Of a stretch of DNA of 64,000 nt, positions 35,248-48,514 are shown piece after piece. The notes under the pieces are model-generated. The model ran no database searches. It saw only the letters and a program-made list of their open reading frames with translations, and was not told the DNA's origin. Within the stretch, counting starts at the first letter, position 1; each line of letters opens with the position of its first letter. This DNA is from Amoebophrya sp. A120. Taxonomy: Eukaryota > Protista > Dinoflagellata. The position numbers were made by a program, and so were the translations under genes. The stretch spans positions 1,000,629 to 1,064,628 of the forward strand of contig CAJINV010000004.1 in NCBI GenBank assembly GCA_905178155.1, written 5' to 3'.

Positions 35248-37366
35248 TAGAGCAGGTAAAAAATAAAGATGTGAAAGGCAAAAAGTAAAAAATGAAAAAG
35301 AGAGCAGTGCATTGCACAAAAATGCGAAATCACTCGATATTCTTGTTCTTCTACTTAAGCACCTGAAGATAAAGTAGGTCCGGGGATTTCTCTTCTTGGC
35401 GGGAGTCAGAGTCACTATGTTTCGCAGGAAAGGACTTTTTCTCGAAAAGCGAAACGTTAGCTCATGCCGTAAATACGGACACCGGACTGGTCAAAAGCAA
35501 AAACTTCTCTAAAAAAGAAACAGGAAGTCGTACACGTACTACTCACGGTTTTTCACTATATTAAGCAAAAGTAAAGTTCTTCATACAGTGGTAAACGTAA
35601 AAGATAATCTCCTTATAGTATGCTGGAGGGAGACCAATAAGCACGGCATCTTACACATTGACATTTGTATGATTTGAATTTGTAGATATTTGCATTATTC
35701 CGGAGACTACTGCAACATGAAGATAGCGATTGAGTAAGTGTGAGACATTGTTTTCAAAAATCCGCAAAAAAGCGCCGGTGGTAACTCCATGCGGTTGTAG
35801 GTAGACCAAGCAGCAGCTTTCGGGAAAAAATGAAGAGCAGGACGCAACAAGGACTCTGTACACCAGCTTCGAAGCCTTGTATAGGTTTCCCTCTCAACAT
35901 AAAAACATACCTGTGCACTTTTATCATAAAAATTGCTCCTCCTGTGTGTACCTATCACACCAGGCAGAAGCCCCCAACAACTAGACTAATGTCAGAGTCA
36001 ACATGTTCGTGAGTGATAGATAGATACAGCTAAAATACCGTAAAGTATAAATAGAAATTGAAACTCTGTTTCGGATTAGTTTTGTGTTTAAGACGCTACA
36101 TAGCTAGCGTTAGCGACAATGTGGTCGTATACCGTCTTAGTGCTACTACTCGTCCAGTACAATTACAAGAAAGCGTACTATTCGGACTTAAACAATGCCG
36201 GCGAAAGCCGTGCTCTCAAAAGATAGTGCACTAGTGCAATATCAATCACGATTTTTTGATTTTTGTCGCTGTAGTAGTGCCGACGTTTTGTATCTGCAAA
36301 AGGGCATAACAATTCGCGCCAGTATGGCACATCACCCTGGGCTGCACCAGTCGGAACTTTTTGTATTAAGATTTGAGTACACTCACGGGCAACAGCAGGG
36401 TAAGTACCTACCAAACCTCGCGAACCGAAAGACAACAGATAGATACAAAGTCGAAGAAAAAGACAAATTTGAAACGATTTTGATTCGATGCTGACCTAAA
36501 GTAGCCTCGAGCGGAGCAGCACAATAACAATTATCATCTTCACATATAAATAAATCTACTTTGCCGCTTTGCAGTTTTGTTGACGGCAGAAGGGCCCGCC
36601 CATGGGGAACAAGGAAAGCACATCACAGCAGGGGGGGACGATGACACGTCGTCGAGCCATACTTTGCTGGTGTAGTCGACTCAACGTCAACATCGACCGA
36701 TTTTGCAACGCATTATTTGTGCCCTCAACGAGAATGTCAGCGTCACGTGCCTACTCAACAGAAGCTGTGGAAGCTTCCACGCTCACGCACCTGCTGTGCT
36801 ATGTCTAGTTGTTCTCTCCGTGTTTCTTTGTTTCCCCTAGACCTAGTGACAGTTCTTTTATATAATTGCTTTCAAATTTTGAATGCCATCGGGGTGCTTT
36901 GTTTGGCCCACTCTCTGAAGCAACGAACGAAGGACGCAGTTGTGAAGAGAAAAATACAGGCCGTCGTGCCGAAAAGAGACAAACAGAAGCTAAAAAACTG
37001 AAGCTTCCCTTTCTGGCGCTTGTCGAACAAAGCATGACAGCACACTTGAAGAGTTCTTCGGCGTGCAATTCCGGCTCAGAGGTCGCAACGGAAATCCACG
37101 AAAGCCAAGCCTCGCAGCGATTTGTTTTTTGCAAAGGAAGATCATCTTCATCTCGAGCGAAAAAGAAAAGCGATTTTTATTTTTCGCCAGTCATCTCAAG
37201 AACGTGATAGATTCTACATCGTCTACAGACCACAAAAATTATGTCGCAGCTTTCACTTTCTAGTACTTCATCTTGCCAAAAATTCAGTAGGGACCGCAAA
37301 ATTCTTCAACACGTGAGTCGTAGAAACGCACGTACATCAGCAAATCTGGTGCACGGTATCATACCC

Positions 37367-38710
37367 TCATTCCATGTCTTCCCGATTTAAAAAGCAGTTG
37401 ATGCCGTACTTGACGACTCCCTTCCCCCGTACCGGCTCCCCAGCGTGCACCATGGCCAAATCCGCTTTTTCCGGATCCGCTTCCAGCACATTGCTCCACA
37501 GCAAAGCGCATCCCTTCTTCGGCGCAATATGAATGCCAAGTTCTGGAAAAATGGTGTGCCCGCCATAATCTTGTTCCGGTTCTTCTGCTGTCTTTTTACT
37601 TCTGATAGTACTGTCCTCGCCCAGCGACGAGAGGTGAAGATCTTCATCAGCTAGAACAACGGGAGGATCGCTCTCTTCTGCAGCTTCTGCTTCTGTTTGT
37701 CCTCCATCCCGTTCTTGTGCCCCGCCCTCGCAAGCCTTCGCATTCCTCGCAGACGAAGAAGTTGGTGGAGTCACTTCATCTCCTGTGTACTCGCCTTCAC
37801 CTTTTCTCGTCCTCCCCAGGTCGTTGAGGTAAACAAACACCGTTTTGGGCCGAAACCCACCGTCGTGGTGCTCATTGAAGAACTCCCCCTCCTTGTATTT
37901 CACCATATTCAGGTCCTCCACTTTCCTCACGCTAGTTCCGCACACCGCAGCCACGCGCCGCATCACCGTGCGGACCGGGTCGTCAAGAAGCAACTTTTGC
38001 AATACAGCGGTGGACGAGGCACTACAGGCACTGGTTGTAGTACTACTCGTACTTCTCGGGGGTGACCATCTAGGCAAGCTGCACGACATGCTGGTCCTGT
38101 TTTCGCTGTGGCGGTTGCCGTCCGCGTCAAATTCCGCGTCGTAGTGCGTGGACTTGGAGGTGAAGGACCGCGTCCAACCGATTTCGTCTGCGAGGGCGAG
38201 GAGGTACTCGATTTCTTCGTCAGAGACGAAATTGGGGATCGTGTAAATCCGGTTTTCGAACAACGGGATGATGCGCAAGACCTTCTCGACGATTTTGGTC
38301 GTTGTGGTGGAAGTTGTTGTAGTCGGGACATCGATTTCCTCTTCCTCTTTCTCGACAGACAGCGGTTGGATTGGATCGCGTCGTGTGTTCGTCGAGAGTT
38401 TTTGGTGCGGGTCGTGGGGATCACCACTGGAGATCGTCGTCGTGGTGATCATTTTCAGTTCGCTGGGGCGGTCGATGCCATCTACAGGGCCGTGGCTCCG
38501 GTGCTGCTTGTTCCCTGCAGCGTCGTTATCCTGAGCGGGAGCGGTGCAAGAAGTGGATTTGTCGTGCGGAGAACCTGCTGCACGACATGACTTCGAGTTC
38601 GACATCGACTCGCCTTCATTATTATTTGGTGGCTCAGCCCTGCGTGCCGCCGCGCGTAGAAATACCTCGCCGCAGGCCGAGTCGGCTTTACCAATAGGAG
38701 TGGCCGTCAT
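37367..38710 (-). CDS. Prolyl 4-hydroxylase-like 2OG-Fe(II) oxygenase
   Basis: IPNFVSDEE, RTSMS, KYKEGEFFNEHHDG...TVFVYLND, GGHTIFP, PKKGCALLWSN, HAGEPV...K. Single exon; first ATG at 38710. Confidence 0.9.
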   Translation of the reverse strand: MTATPIGKADSACGEVFLRAAARRAEPPNNNEGESMSNSKSCRAAGSPHDKSTSCTAPAQDNDAAGNKQHRSHGPVDGIDRPSELKMITTTTISSGDPHDPHQKLSTNTRRDPIQPLSVEKEEEEIDVPTTTTSTTTTKIVEKVLRIIPLFENRIYTIPNFVSDEEIEYLLALADEIGWTRSFTSKSTHYDAEFDADGNRHSENRTSMSCSLPRWSPPRSTSSTTTSACSASSTAVLQKLLLDDPVRTVMRRVAAVCGTSVRKVEDLNMVKYKEGEFFNEHHDGGFRPKTVFVYLNDLGRTRKGEGEYTGDEVTPPTSSSARNAKACEGGAQERDGGQTEAEAAEESDPPVVLADEDLHLSSLGEDSTIRSKKTAEEPEQDYGGHTIFPELGIHIAPKKGCALLWSNVLEADPEKADLAMVHAGEPVRGKGVVKYGINCFLNREDME

Positions 38711-41305
38711 TTTATTCAAGACCGGAGGATCAGCAGCTGGATGCGCGTTGGGGTGCGTGGATGTCCTCCCTTTTTGAGCGAACTCGAACACGCGCTCCTC
38801 GGCCAGAATGAGTCACAACTTTTGCTTTCAGAGCAATTGCAGGAAACAACTAGGAAAACGCCACACGACCTCTACTTCAATCGCAATCCTACAAAGATGG
38901 CACTAAAATTTGCAAGAGTTGCATGCTTCATGACGAGTGTTGGTCTTTGTTTGTAGGAAAAGCTTACCCTCACACAACAAAAAAGGGCGTCCAAGCGAAC
39001 AGATACTACCTGGCGCAAGCCGTAGAATGTTACAACCGCAAGCACATGCAGGGCATACCGTCCGCGCCACGCGCAAAGGGTGTCAAAAAAGTTCTGCGCC
39101 AAGCGGACGGCCCCAATCGGAATCGATTCCTTCGGCATGAGGAAAGGCCGGGCCGAGAAGACGGCAACAACGAGCTTCGCGCACGCACGGAAGACAGCAA
39201 AACCAAATGACCGGGCACGGTATGCGGATAGAACAACCTCAACAGGGCAAGGGCAGCGCGCCGGCGGGCTAGTCTGCCACCTGGCAAAGCGCGCCAGTGT
39301 AACCACACTTACCTACAAAAACCCAGCCGCCGGGGGTGTATTAGGGCTAGGGGGGCTGCGCGCAACGACACATACACACAACGGCGGCGGGGCCAACGCG
39401 GCGGAGGGAGGGACCAGGGGGGGCTGGGCCGGCCTACGCCCACACAGGGCCGGCGGGCCCCCAATGGGGCCACTCAGGCTAGCGCGGGCGCTCGGTCGGC
39501 CCCAAGCAACAAGTGCCCTCCCAGGGTGGGCAGCCGGGGCGGCCGGCGATCGAAGCGCCGCGCGCGCAGGCAGCGCGCGGAAGCCGGGCGCAAGGCCACG
39601 GCCGCCCGGCTTTGGCTCGCGGCCTTGCGGGCATTGCGCCGCGCCCCGCTGCCGCGCGCGCGCCGAGCCAGTGCCGGGCGAATGCGCCACGCCGCCGGCC
39701 GGGTGTGGGGCCCGAGCCAACCTATCCGGGCGCGGATTGCCGGGCGCCCGTCCGTGTCTTCTCTGTAGTCGGCTGGGGGGCTTTCGATCGCCGGGGCCCT
39801 CGAGCGCGTCGGCGATGCCCATGGCGCGATCCGCCTTATCCTTGCGTCTTTCCGGCAGCCCGGGCGGCCCTTGCCGGCTCCGGAATTGCCCGCGCGGGCG
39901 CCCCCTCTGGAAGAAAAGCGCCAGCAGGAAGCGGGGCACGGGCATGCATGCTGCTGGGCGGTCCGGCGCCCGCCCCGGAAATAAAACGGAAAGCCCACGG
40001 CGCGGGAGCGCGCCGCCCTCCCCTTTGGTTTCTTTTATTTTGGCGGCGCGTGGCCCGCTTGGGCCGCTGAACTTCGACAGGCCGCCCAAGGGGCACTGCA
40101 ACGCGCGAAGGCACCGCGCGCCTCCTTGCAAACCGCCGCCGGGTTCGGTCTGCGAGTTTCACCTTCGCCACTTCTGTCCGCCGCTTCGCTTCATCAGACC
40201 CGGCGGCCCCCACACCATACGGGGGCGCAGTGGGGAAATCACGGGCCCTACCTATCCACCCCATGCAGCGGGGCCATGCGAAGGGGGCGCGCCCCTTGGT
40301 CGCCTAGCCTGGCCCCCTGGTTGCAGACCAGCGGGGCCATTGCTGTCGTGGGCCTCCGGGGGCTGGATCTTGCGCTGGCCGACAAGTCGCGGGCGGCGCC
40401 GGGGCAGCTCGGCGCCCTGCGCGAGGGAAGACGAAAAGCTTCAGGCGCGTGTCGTCCTTCCAAAATGGCGCCGGGCACGGCTGCACCCAAAGCGTGCCCG
40501 AAATGCGTCCAATTCTCGCGGCGCCCTTTGTTGTACAGGGCGAGCGCCGCCGGGCTGTACGAACTGAATTGGCCAGCCCACTTCTCCCCAATCAGTCCCT
40601 CGACCCAGGCCGCGAACTCCCTGAACTTTCGTCCTTTCGCCTTCTGTTCCTCCTTGTCCTTAGCGTGCCCCTTCCAGGACTGTTTGACTTTGATCATTGT
40701 TTTGGAACATCAAACAAAGACAAACACAAAGTGCCTGCAATGTACAAAGCGCCACATCTTCAAGCCGAAGCTGCACAGGGACCAAGCCAGGCGCTTGCCT
40801 TCTTCTCGGAACACATGCGATCATCATGGTAGCAGATCGCAGCTGGAGTAACGAGAAAAAATCGTGCCGCAAAGAGCCACACAGAGCGCGAAACCGTGGC
40901 CTCTCTGTCTCTGATTCGCGAGCACATAGCTCGCATTCTTTTTGACGAGAAATCTGAGGCAAATTGTTTGCGTCGAGACATTCACACTCATCCCCGAGGA
41001 GCTCGGGACATCCCTAAGTTTTGCCAAAATTAAAGTTAAAAGTTTCTCATCAGTACGTGTATGTGTGTCACCTGTCGGTGATCTGAACCACATCTCCATC
41101 GTCTTGTTCTTTTGCAAGATGAACCTCTTCACCGACAGAAGTAAGTGTGCGATCAGCTCCACCAGTAATTTTCTTCTGCTCCTTCTACGTGTTTCAGGTT
41201 CTTCCTGACTCCACCTCCACCAGCTCCCCCACGTCTTTGAAGATTCTAACTATTTATATGTGACCGTGTCCAGCTTCTGCTCCTCGCAATTTTCCGAATT
41301 TTCTT

Positions 41306-41940
41306 TCAGTACCGTCCCCCGCGATGGTAGTTATCCGACCCGCCACCGCGATCGCCCCCGCGTCCACGGCCTCGACTGCGGCTGTCCCGGCGGCGACGCT
41401 CCCGGTCGCGGTCCCGACCGCGGCTCCGGCTGTCCCGACCCCGCCCGCGCCCCCGCCCGCGGGAACGAGAACTGAAGTTGTATTGGAAAAATTGCTGCAC
41501 GGAGGGTCACCACTACGTACATGACTGCTAAAAATGCATCACAAATAAATTCGTCTTCTTATCCTCGTTCTTAGTGAAACAAGAACCAAGTACCGGTCCC
41601 TGCCCCGTCCCCCGCCGCGGCGGTCCCGGGAGTCTCCCCTGCGCGGGTTGTGGCGGCGCTGGGCGTAGGAGGAGATTTCGCACCGCAAGCCCTTCCCGTT
41701 GTCCACCGCAAAGTCCACCTGCAACCCGTGGGCCTCCTTGATGGCCGCTTTCGCGTCCGCCGGGTCCCGGAAGGTGCAGAACGCAAACCCCGGGGGGTTC
41801 TGCGCGACCCAGACGGAAAGCACCTCGCCGTACTTTTTCATCACGTCTTCCACGTCCTCTTCCCGGACGTCTTTTTGAATATTCCCGATGAAAATCTTCC
41901 CACCATTCTTCTCCGACTCGATGGCCTCTTTGACACTCAT
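41306..41940 (-). CDS. SR-family splicing factor (RRM + RS/RG domain, SRSF3/7-like)
   Basis: KIFIGNI (RNP2), VWVAQNPPGFAFCTF (RNP1 of SRp20/9G8 type), RS-rich tail; GT-AG intron 41472-41593. Confidence 0.9.
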
Positions 41941-42714
41941 CTTGTTGGCCGGGTTTTTTTGAATGAATTTATACTAGCTATTTCTGCGTTCTTGTCGGTC
42001 GTGAGTGTGGTTGGAAGTTTATTTTGTGCGAGGCAAAAGTGTTGAAATTGCTGCGGTACTTACGATTTCAGGAAATCAACGGAAACCCAAATCGCGGGTG
42101 GGACTTGTTGTGAAATACACGACGAGTTCTTTTCTATTTGTAGTACTTTTCGAAGAGACGAGCATAGGCACTATATATCTGATCTCGATCTTTTTTGAGG
42201 AACTGGTTTCTTTTTTCCGAGAGTTGGAAACAATATTAAGTACCGCCTGACAGGAGACCGCCCGTTCGGAAATGGAAAGAGCGAGAGTGCGCTGCATGAA
42301 GATGCTAGAAAGAAGAAACATGTGTAGTCGCCGCTTGTTTCCTCGCTGGAAATAAAATCATGAAAATAAGGTGATCTCCGTAAAGCAATCTGGATCGCAA
42401 GAAGAGACGCGGCATGTAGATGTTCTAAGTGAGATCTTCTTTGTTCTAAGTAGCCGCTCTTGCTTTTTTCAGTAATATCGCAGAACGAAAGATCTCACCT
42501 CTTTGAAGAAGAAAAGGGGCGAGACTTTTTATCGATGACATGACAAATGCACTACAACTGAGATCGTCATCCAGCAGTCCTCCCTTATGGCCCGCAGCTG
42601 TTGACAAATACCTTGGTTTATTTAGCTGTGCAGGTGGCGAACGACTCTTCGAGTTTTTCTTTTTTCTACCAGCTATTTTTGTAATGTACAACTCTCAATG
42701 CTCCTTCTAGGCCG

Positions 42715-45700
42715 CTATGACTCCTTTGCAGTACTACCTTTATCAGCTGCAGTGGCAGAGTTTATTCCAGTTCCAGGTGTAGCTGCGCTCGACATGAGAA
42801 TTTCTTCCTTTTTCTCTTGCCACTCTTTCTCAATGTCGTACAAAAACTGCCGCCCGATAGTCGCCGTAGAAGTTGTGCCCCCGCTGCCGCACTGAAGAGC
42901 GCTAGTACAAGAACCCTTCGGACTGTTCGCCCTGCTACCCCCACGAGAGGAAGCACCCCCACCAGGACCACCGGTAATTGTATCTTTGTAGGCAAAATGC
43001 TCGGCCAAAGCAGCGACCTCCTTCTTCCTCTCCTCAATATCCTGCTCAACCACTGACAAATCCTCCGGCGAGAGCTTGAAATTCTCCAGATCGAGCTCCC
43101 ACTCCGTGCGAGATTTCGGTCGGGGCTTGTTTGTCTTTGATGGTGCAGGAGCTCGATGTTGTGATGGTGCAGCAGGAGCTCCTCTGATGCTACTTGTACT
43201 AGTCGAGACAGGATCAGGATGTAGCTTAGAAGCGCCCGGTTCTAGAGAAGCTGTTCTCTTCGTGCCTCGTGGAATTTTGGAGGAAGTTGATTTGCTGGTT
43301 GCGGCGTTCTTTCCTACAGCTGCGGCTTCTTCCGTTGCTCGAATCATGATTCCTGCCGACAAGCAACCGGGTAATTGTTCCTCTTTTTGTTTTTCATCGC
43401 CGCCGCGTGGCGTAGTGCTACTGTCTCTCGAACACGTCGAAGTAGCTCTTGCCGCTTTTTTGTTGTTCAAAAAGAAACCGCCGGGGGACGGTCGTTCCCT
43501 CGGAAGATTTAGATTTTCATTTTTCACGCTCGCCTTGCTATTCTTCGCCGAAGATGATGCTGAACTTTTTTTCGGCAGAGGCAAGATCTTCCGCACACCG
43601 ACTGGCTGCGAAAGACTCGTGGCGTTCGCTAGCAGGTCTTGCTGTTGCCTCTCTGATATGTATGCGTTGATTTTGTCCACCTGGGCGATTTTCATGGAAA
43701 GGTCGCTGTGATCTTGCACACCAGCTTCTAGTACAGAAGAAGTTCTACCTCCGGCTGGTGCTGAAGAACCCTCTTCACCAACTGTTTCTACAGGAGGAAG
43801 GGTAGGAGTTCGTGACGCTGAATCAACAAGAACTTCTGCGCCTCCCGCTGCAGAAGGAGCTGCAGCTGCCGCAGGAGTATCTTGTTCTTTCGACCTGGCA
43901 GGTGGTCCCCCACGAGAAGGACCAGTCGTTCCCAAACTCGGACTCCTACTCCGGCTTCTACTTCTGGATGATTTGGTACTCGTCCCACCTACTTTTAACG
44001 CTGCGGACGGTGATTCCCGGGCAAAGTCGCGCGCGTATTTGTCGACCAGAATTTTCTCCACCCCGGACTCGAGCTCCATGCCCGCGTCTTCCCCCTCCGC
44101 AATGCCGAGTCGCTCAATCTCGGAGAACCGTTTTTGCTTCTCGAAGTACTCCTCGCGGACTTTCTGAAGTTCCTTAATTTTCAGCAGGAGGTCCTCGTTG
44201 TTGTCGTTTGTCAGGAGGTCATCAATTGGATTCTTTTTGGATCCCGATCGACTGCGTCGCGAGGCAATGGAAGTGTGGTCCCGTGGACTGCTCAGCCGCG
44301 GACTCCAGGTGGCGGACCCAGACTTCCCTTGCGGTTCCGGTGTCACAAGGTTCCGCGTGGGCGAGGGGATGATATTCACAGTGATTTTGTTTTTCGCCGG
44401 AAGTAGAGCCTGCTGCTGTCGTGAAGAAGGTTCTTGTCCTGGAGAAGAAGATGGTTCTTGTTTCTCAAGTCCATCAGCTGAAGTAGTTCTTGCGGCACCT
44501 AGCCGTACAACTGGTGGCACAGGTGGCGAAGCAGCTGTCGTTCGTCCTCCAGCTGCAATAGTACTCCCTGGAGCCGTCAACAAGCCGTACGAAGATGACG
44601 ATCCCGCGGTCTTCGTCGCAGTAGTAGAGGAAGCAGGTTCCGGCGGAAGAAGCGGAGGCTTTTTGACCTCCTTGATCAACAGCTGCGCAGAAGGAGCGAC
44701 TGTATGGCGCTCTCAAACGTTACATTCTCAACTGTTACACGAATCTGTGATGCAAGAGCAGCAAAAGTGAAAGCGGGAAGATTGTGCTTGCGCGTTTTGC
44801 ATTACAAATTCAGGCTGTTTCGCCCTTCAAAAATTTGTCATGCTGAGCACCTTGATCAAGTAGAGGTTGATGGCAATTTTGCATGAGAAATCGTGTAACA
44901 GTTGAGAATGTAACATTTGAGAACTCCATAGACTGCAGCGCTCGCTTGTAGTTGTTTCCGGTACTGTACTGCCTCTTCCAGTTGCTGGGCTGGCGTCTGC
45001 GCTTTATTGTTCGACAGCCTCTCTGGACTCGCAACACTGCTGTCGAAGCTCGTGCTGAGCAGGCCGAAACGGGGCAAGCGATAGGAGGTGTCGTCTTGCT
45101 TTGAAAGGTGCTGTTGCGGAGGTGACAACCCCGCAAGGGAGGCTTTATTTGTAGAAGAGCCCGGCACTGTTGTTTCATCCTTTGTGGAGCTCGGAGGAGC
45201 TGCTTCCGAATTATAGCTGTTCTTATCGTTATCACCCCCTCCAGCTCCCCCGTCAGAAAAATACAGCCGTGACGAAGTCCTAACCGCAGACGTGCGACTC
45301 ATGCTCTCCGCGACGGAAACTCGGGCCTTCTCAAGTGATTCCTCGACAACTATTTCGCCGACGACAAAATCGGCATGACTGGAGAGCTGGTGCTCCTCGC
45401 CAGGATTGTCTTCTTGAGTCTGATGTTCCTCGGCAGCTTTCGATCCAGCAGTACCGGGGAGAAACGAAGCTGCAGGAGAAGCCGTTTTTATCGCTCCGGC
45501 CTGCTGCGCCGAAGAGGAAGCAATGTTGACCTCCTCGTCGAAAAGAATCGGAGACAACACGTCGATGGAATCTTGCGCATTCACAATCTCCAGTGTTTGC
45601 GTTTTTTGAGGCGAGAAGGAAGTAGAACCTGATGTTGCTCCTGACGTGTCTTGTTTCTTCACGACAGCAGCAGAACCTTCTACTGTTCCGTTCGTTGTAC

Positions 45701-47273
45701 TACTAGAGCCTTCTAGTACTTGATGCTGTGCACCAGAAGGCGTGGACGACGATGCTAAGATCTCCAGCAGCGGTTCTTCAAGTTTTACAGAAGACACCCT
45801 CGCTTTATTCGCAGAAAGTTTTTCCCCTGCTGCTGCGTCATGATCAACTGCTGGCTCAACATCCTTTGGCAAAAAAGACGACGAGGACTCTACTCCGGCA
45901 GCACTTGTCGTCTGTTCCCCGCCAGTTCGGGTCGTGCCCGGAGCGGCAGGTGCAGCAGGTTCTGCATAATTCATCACATTCGCACTAGCAACAGGCGTCA
46001 GTTCTCGCAGCCGTTGGTCGTTCAAGTCCAGGTAGACTCCCTTCAGCAATTGCAGCCACAAAAACCGAAACTGGTCGACAGTTGAAAACAAATTATCTTC
46101 TGGTGCTGCGCCACGTGGTCGTACACCGGAAATTGCCGCTGTCTGTGGTGTGCTGTAGTACGAGGAACCAGGAGCAGCTGCATCACCGCCGACCGCAGCA
46201 CTTGTACCAACAGATAGATGTCGTCCGCTTTTCTGTTTCATCGATTCCAAAATTTCCTCCGTGGATAGGGCGTGGTTGCGCAGAAGCCCCGTCACCGGGT
46301 CAAGAACATTCTGCAATAGCTGTAGATGCCGCTCAAAGGTGAAGAAAAGTGTTCGCTCGTCGTGATCTTCGACTTGTTGTGATACAGCCATCGCCGGCAC
46401 GTGGTTAATATTTCTCGACGATGCTGGCGAGGAAGACACTGCTGGTGCTGCTGCTGCTGTACTAGCAGTCTGTGCAGAAGAAGCTCTCGATGCACTTCTC
46501 GCTTTGGTGACAATGTCGGTGAAAAACTTGACCATGCACTTTCTAAACGCTTGGACGCGCAGAGTTTTGGTAGTAGAGAAGATGGCACTGGCAGCACGAC
46601 CTCCTGCTTCGTTATTTCCTGCTTTTATCATTTTCTGCACCTCTTTTTGAAAAACCGTGAAAAGTCCGTCGACAATGTCATCGACCGCAGCCCCGGTGAT
46701 GGTTTTCAAATTTGAAGCGGTCAGAATTTTGTGCAGCAACTCCAGGATTTGATCTGTTATGCTCCTGGCTCCGAAGTTCAAGTTCTGCGAGGTAGACCTT
46801 CCATAATTTATTGTCGCGGAGGACGTCGAGGTAGCTTTCGCAGATTTTTCTTCAAAATCCTTCTGTAATTCCTGTTTCTTTTCTTCGCAAATTGTATCCA
46901 GTTCGTCAAACTGCTTTCTCAGCTGTTCCTCCACTTCCTTTTCCTGGTTCTCCTTCCGCTTCTCTGCCAATTCCCACAGCTGCTTGATTTGTTCCTTCAA
47001 GTTCTTTTCCAGCTCCCGTAAATTTTGCTCCAGCCAAGTATCGATTTGCGCTTCGCGGCTTTTCTGCTGGAGTTGCAGGTTCTCTCTCGTTTGGTAGAAC
47101 TGAAAACCATGATCGGTTCTCAACTGGTGGCCGGGATGTAGTTGTAGAGGGGGCGTCTGGCGGAGACGCAACTTCGCAGGCGAGTTGCTGCGGGATGATG
47201 TGGAAGAAATTCGTGGCGGCCGGAGAAGCGATGCCGCTTGCGGAGCTGGAGGTTGTGCTGGCTGCTGATACAT
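42715..47273 (-). CDS. Large low-complexity/coiled-coil protein of unknown function
   Basis: ORFs of 805 and 654 aa join in frame across 44703-44930 (SAAV|APSAQLLIKE); coiled-coil near the N-terminus. Confidence 0.8.
44703..44930. mobile_element. Introner-like TIR element, family B
   Basis: Direct repeat gactg; family B TIR. Confidence 0.93.
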
Positions 47274-48514
47274 TTTCTGTCCTCTTGAACTTACCAGAAA
47301 AGTGACAGGAGTGGTTTCTGACTCTGACGGGCAGGGATTAGCGCAAAAACCATCATAAGACTACAAGAACTCTTGCTCTACTTCTCACCAGGCACTTTGC
47401 TCGTACTCTCGTTTTTATTCACCACGCTCGACAGATCCATGAATGCAGATCTTCATCATCGTCCCACGTTTCTAGTCGAGCAGGAATGCTCCTCACACCG
47501 CATGCGAAGATCTTCTTCCTCAGAGATCCTAGTTTTGGCAGATCGTATAATTCGCAGCATGATTGGCCAAACCGCTCTCTGCTGGTGTTTCCGAGCAGCT
47601 TCGCTGCAAGAACTCTGCGCGCGCTCTTCACAAGAAGCTGCAACTCCTTCTTGGTCATCATCAACAGCAGCGTGATCATAAACTAACTTTATCTCTCACA
47701 ACTTCTCTGCAGGAGCCCTTCCAAAACCCACACCACGTGCAATTCCAAACGACGCCCTCAGCTGGCACGAAAAGAACGGTTGCAACGCCGCACGAAGAAC
47801 ATGTGCCATGAGTTTGCTATCAGAGTGTCGCAGCTTCTTCATCTTTTTTGGGCTCGGTTGGTACAGCAGGGGGCGAGTTCTCATTTACGTTTTGCTTTTG
47901 TTTTCATTGCAAGCTCAACAGTCACCTTCATATCATACTCTTTCGAAGTGGGACAAGCCGCTCGGATGAAATAATGTCAGCTCTTTTTAGACTGGTACAT
48001 CAGCAAGCAACGCAGCTGTGTCTATTCCTATTCATTTTAATCCGATTCCGAGGTAATTATTTTCCACAATCATCAATTGTCAGCCATACGAAATGAATAC
48101 GTGTACTAGTATCTCCATCTGTTGTTCATTTGAAACCTATTCGAGAAGTGCCTCGGCATCTTCCCGCGGTAATTGATATCGAGGTACTGACTAAGTGAAG
48201 CAACTTTTTTACGATGGGCATTTAGAACTACTTACTTGGGCGAAAGAACTATTGAAAGAATCTGGCGGACGCTGTTGAAGCGTGGCGACCGCATCGGATT
48301 ATCATTATTATACAACAGTAGCACAAGATTACGCAGGGTGTATTTCTGGTATCTGAATCAATGGCTCTACTCTTACTTTGCAAGGACGCAGCTATTCGAA
48401 GCGCGTTAATCAGAAGATCACAGCCCAGGCGGGGTTTGACGACCGTCACACCGTGGCTTCATCTTTCGTCTCATAAATTCACATAAGTAGCTACTTAAGT
48501 ATGCGTCCGCCCCT

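Noticed and set aside
39080-40567. 495-aa plus-strand ORF
   Set aside because: The Arg/Pro/Gly/Ala-rich translation is expected from GC-rich DNA; overlapping ORFs occur in several frames and there are no motifs.
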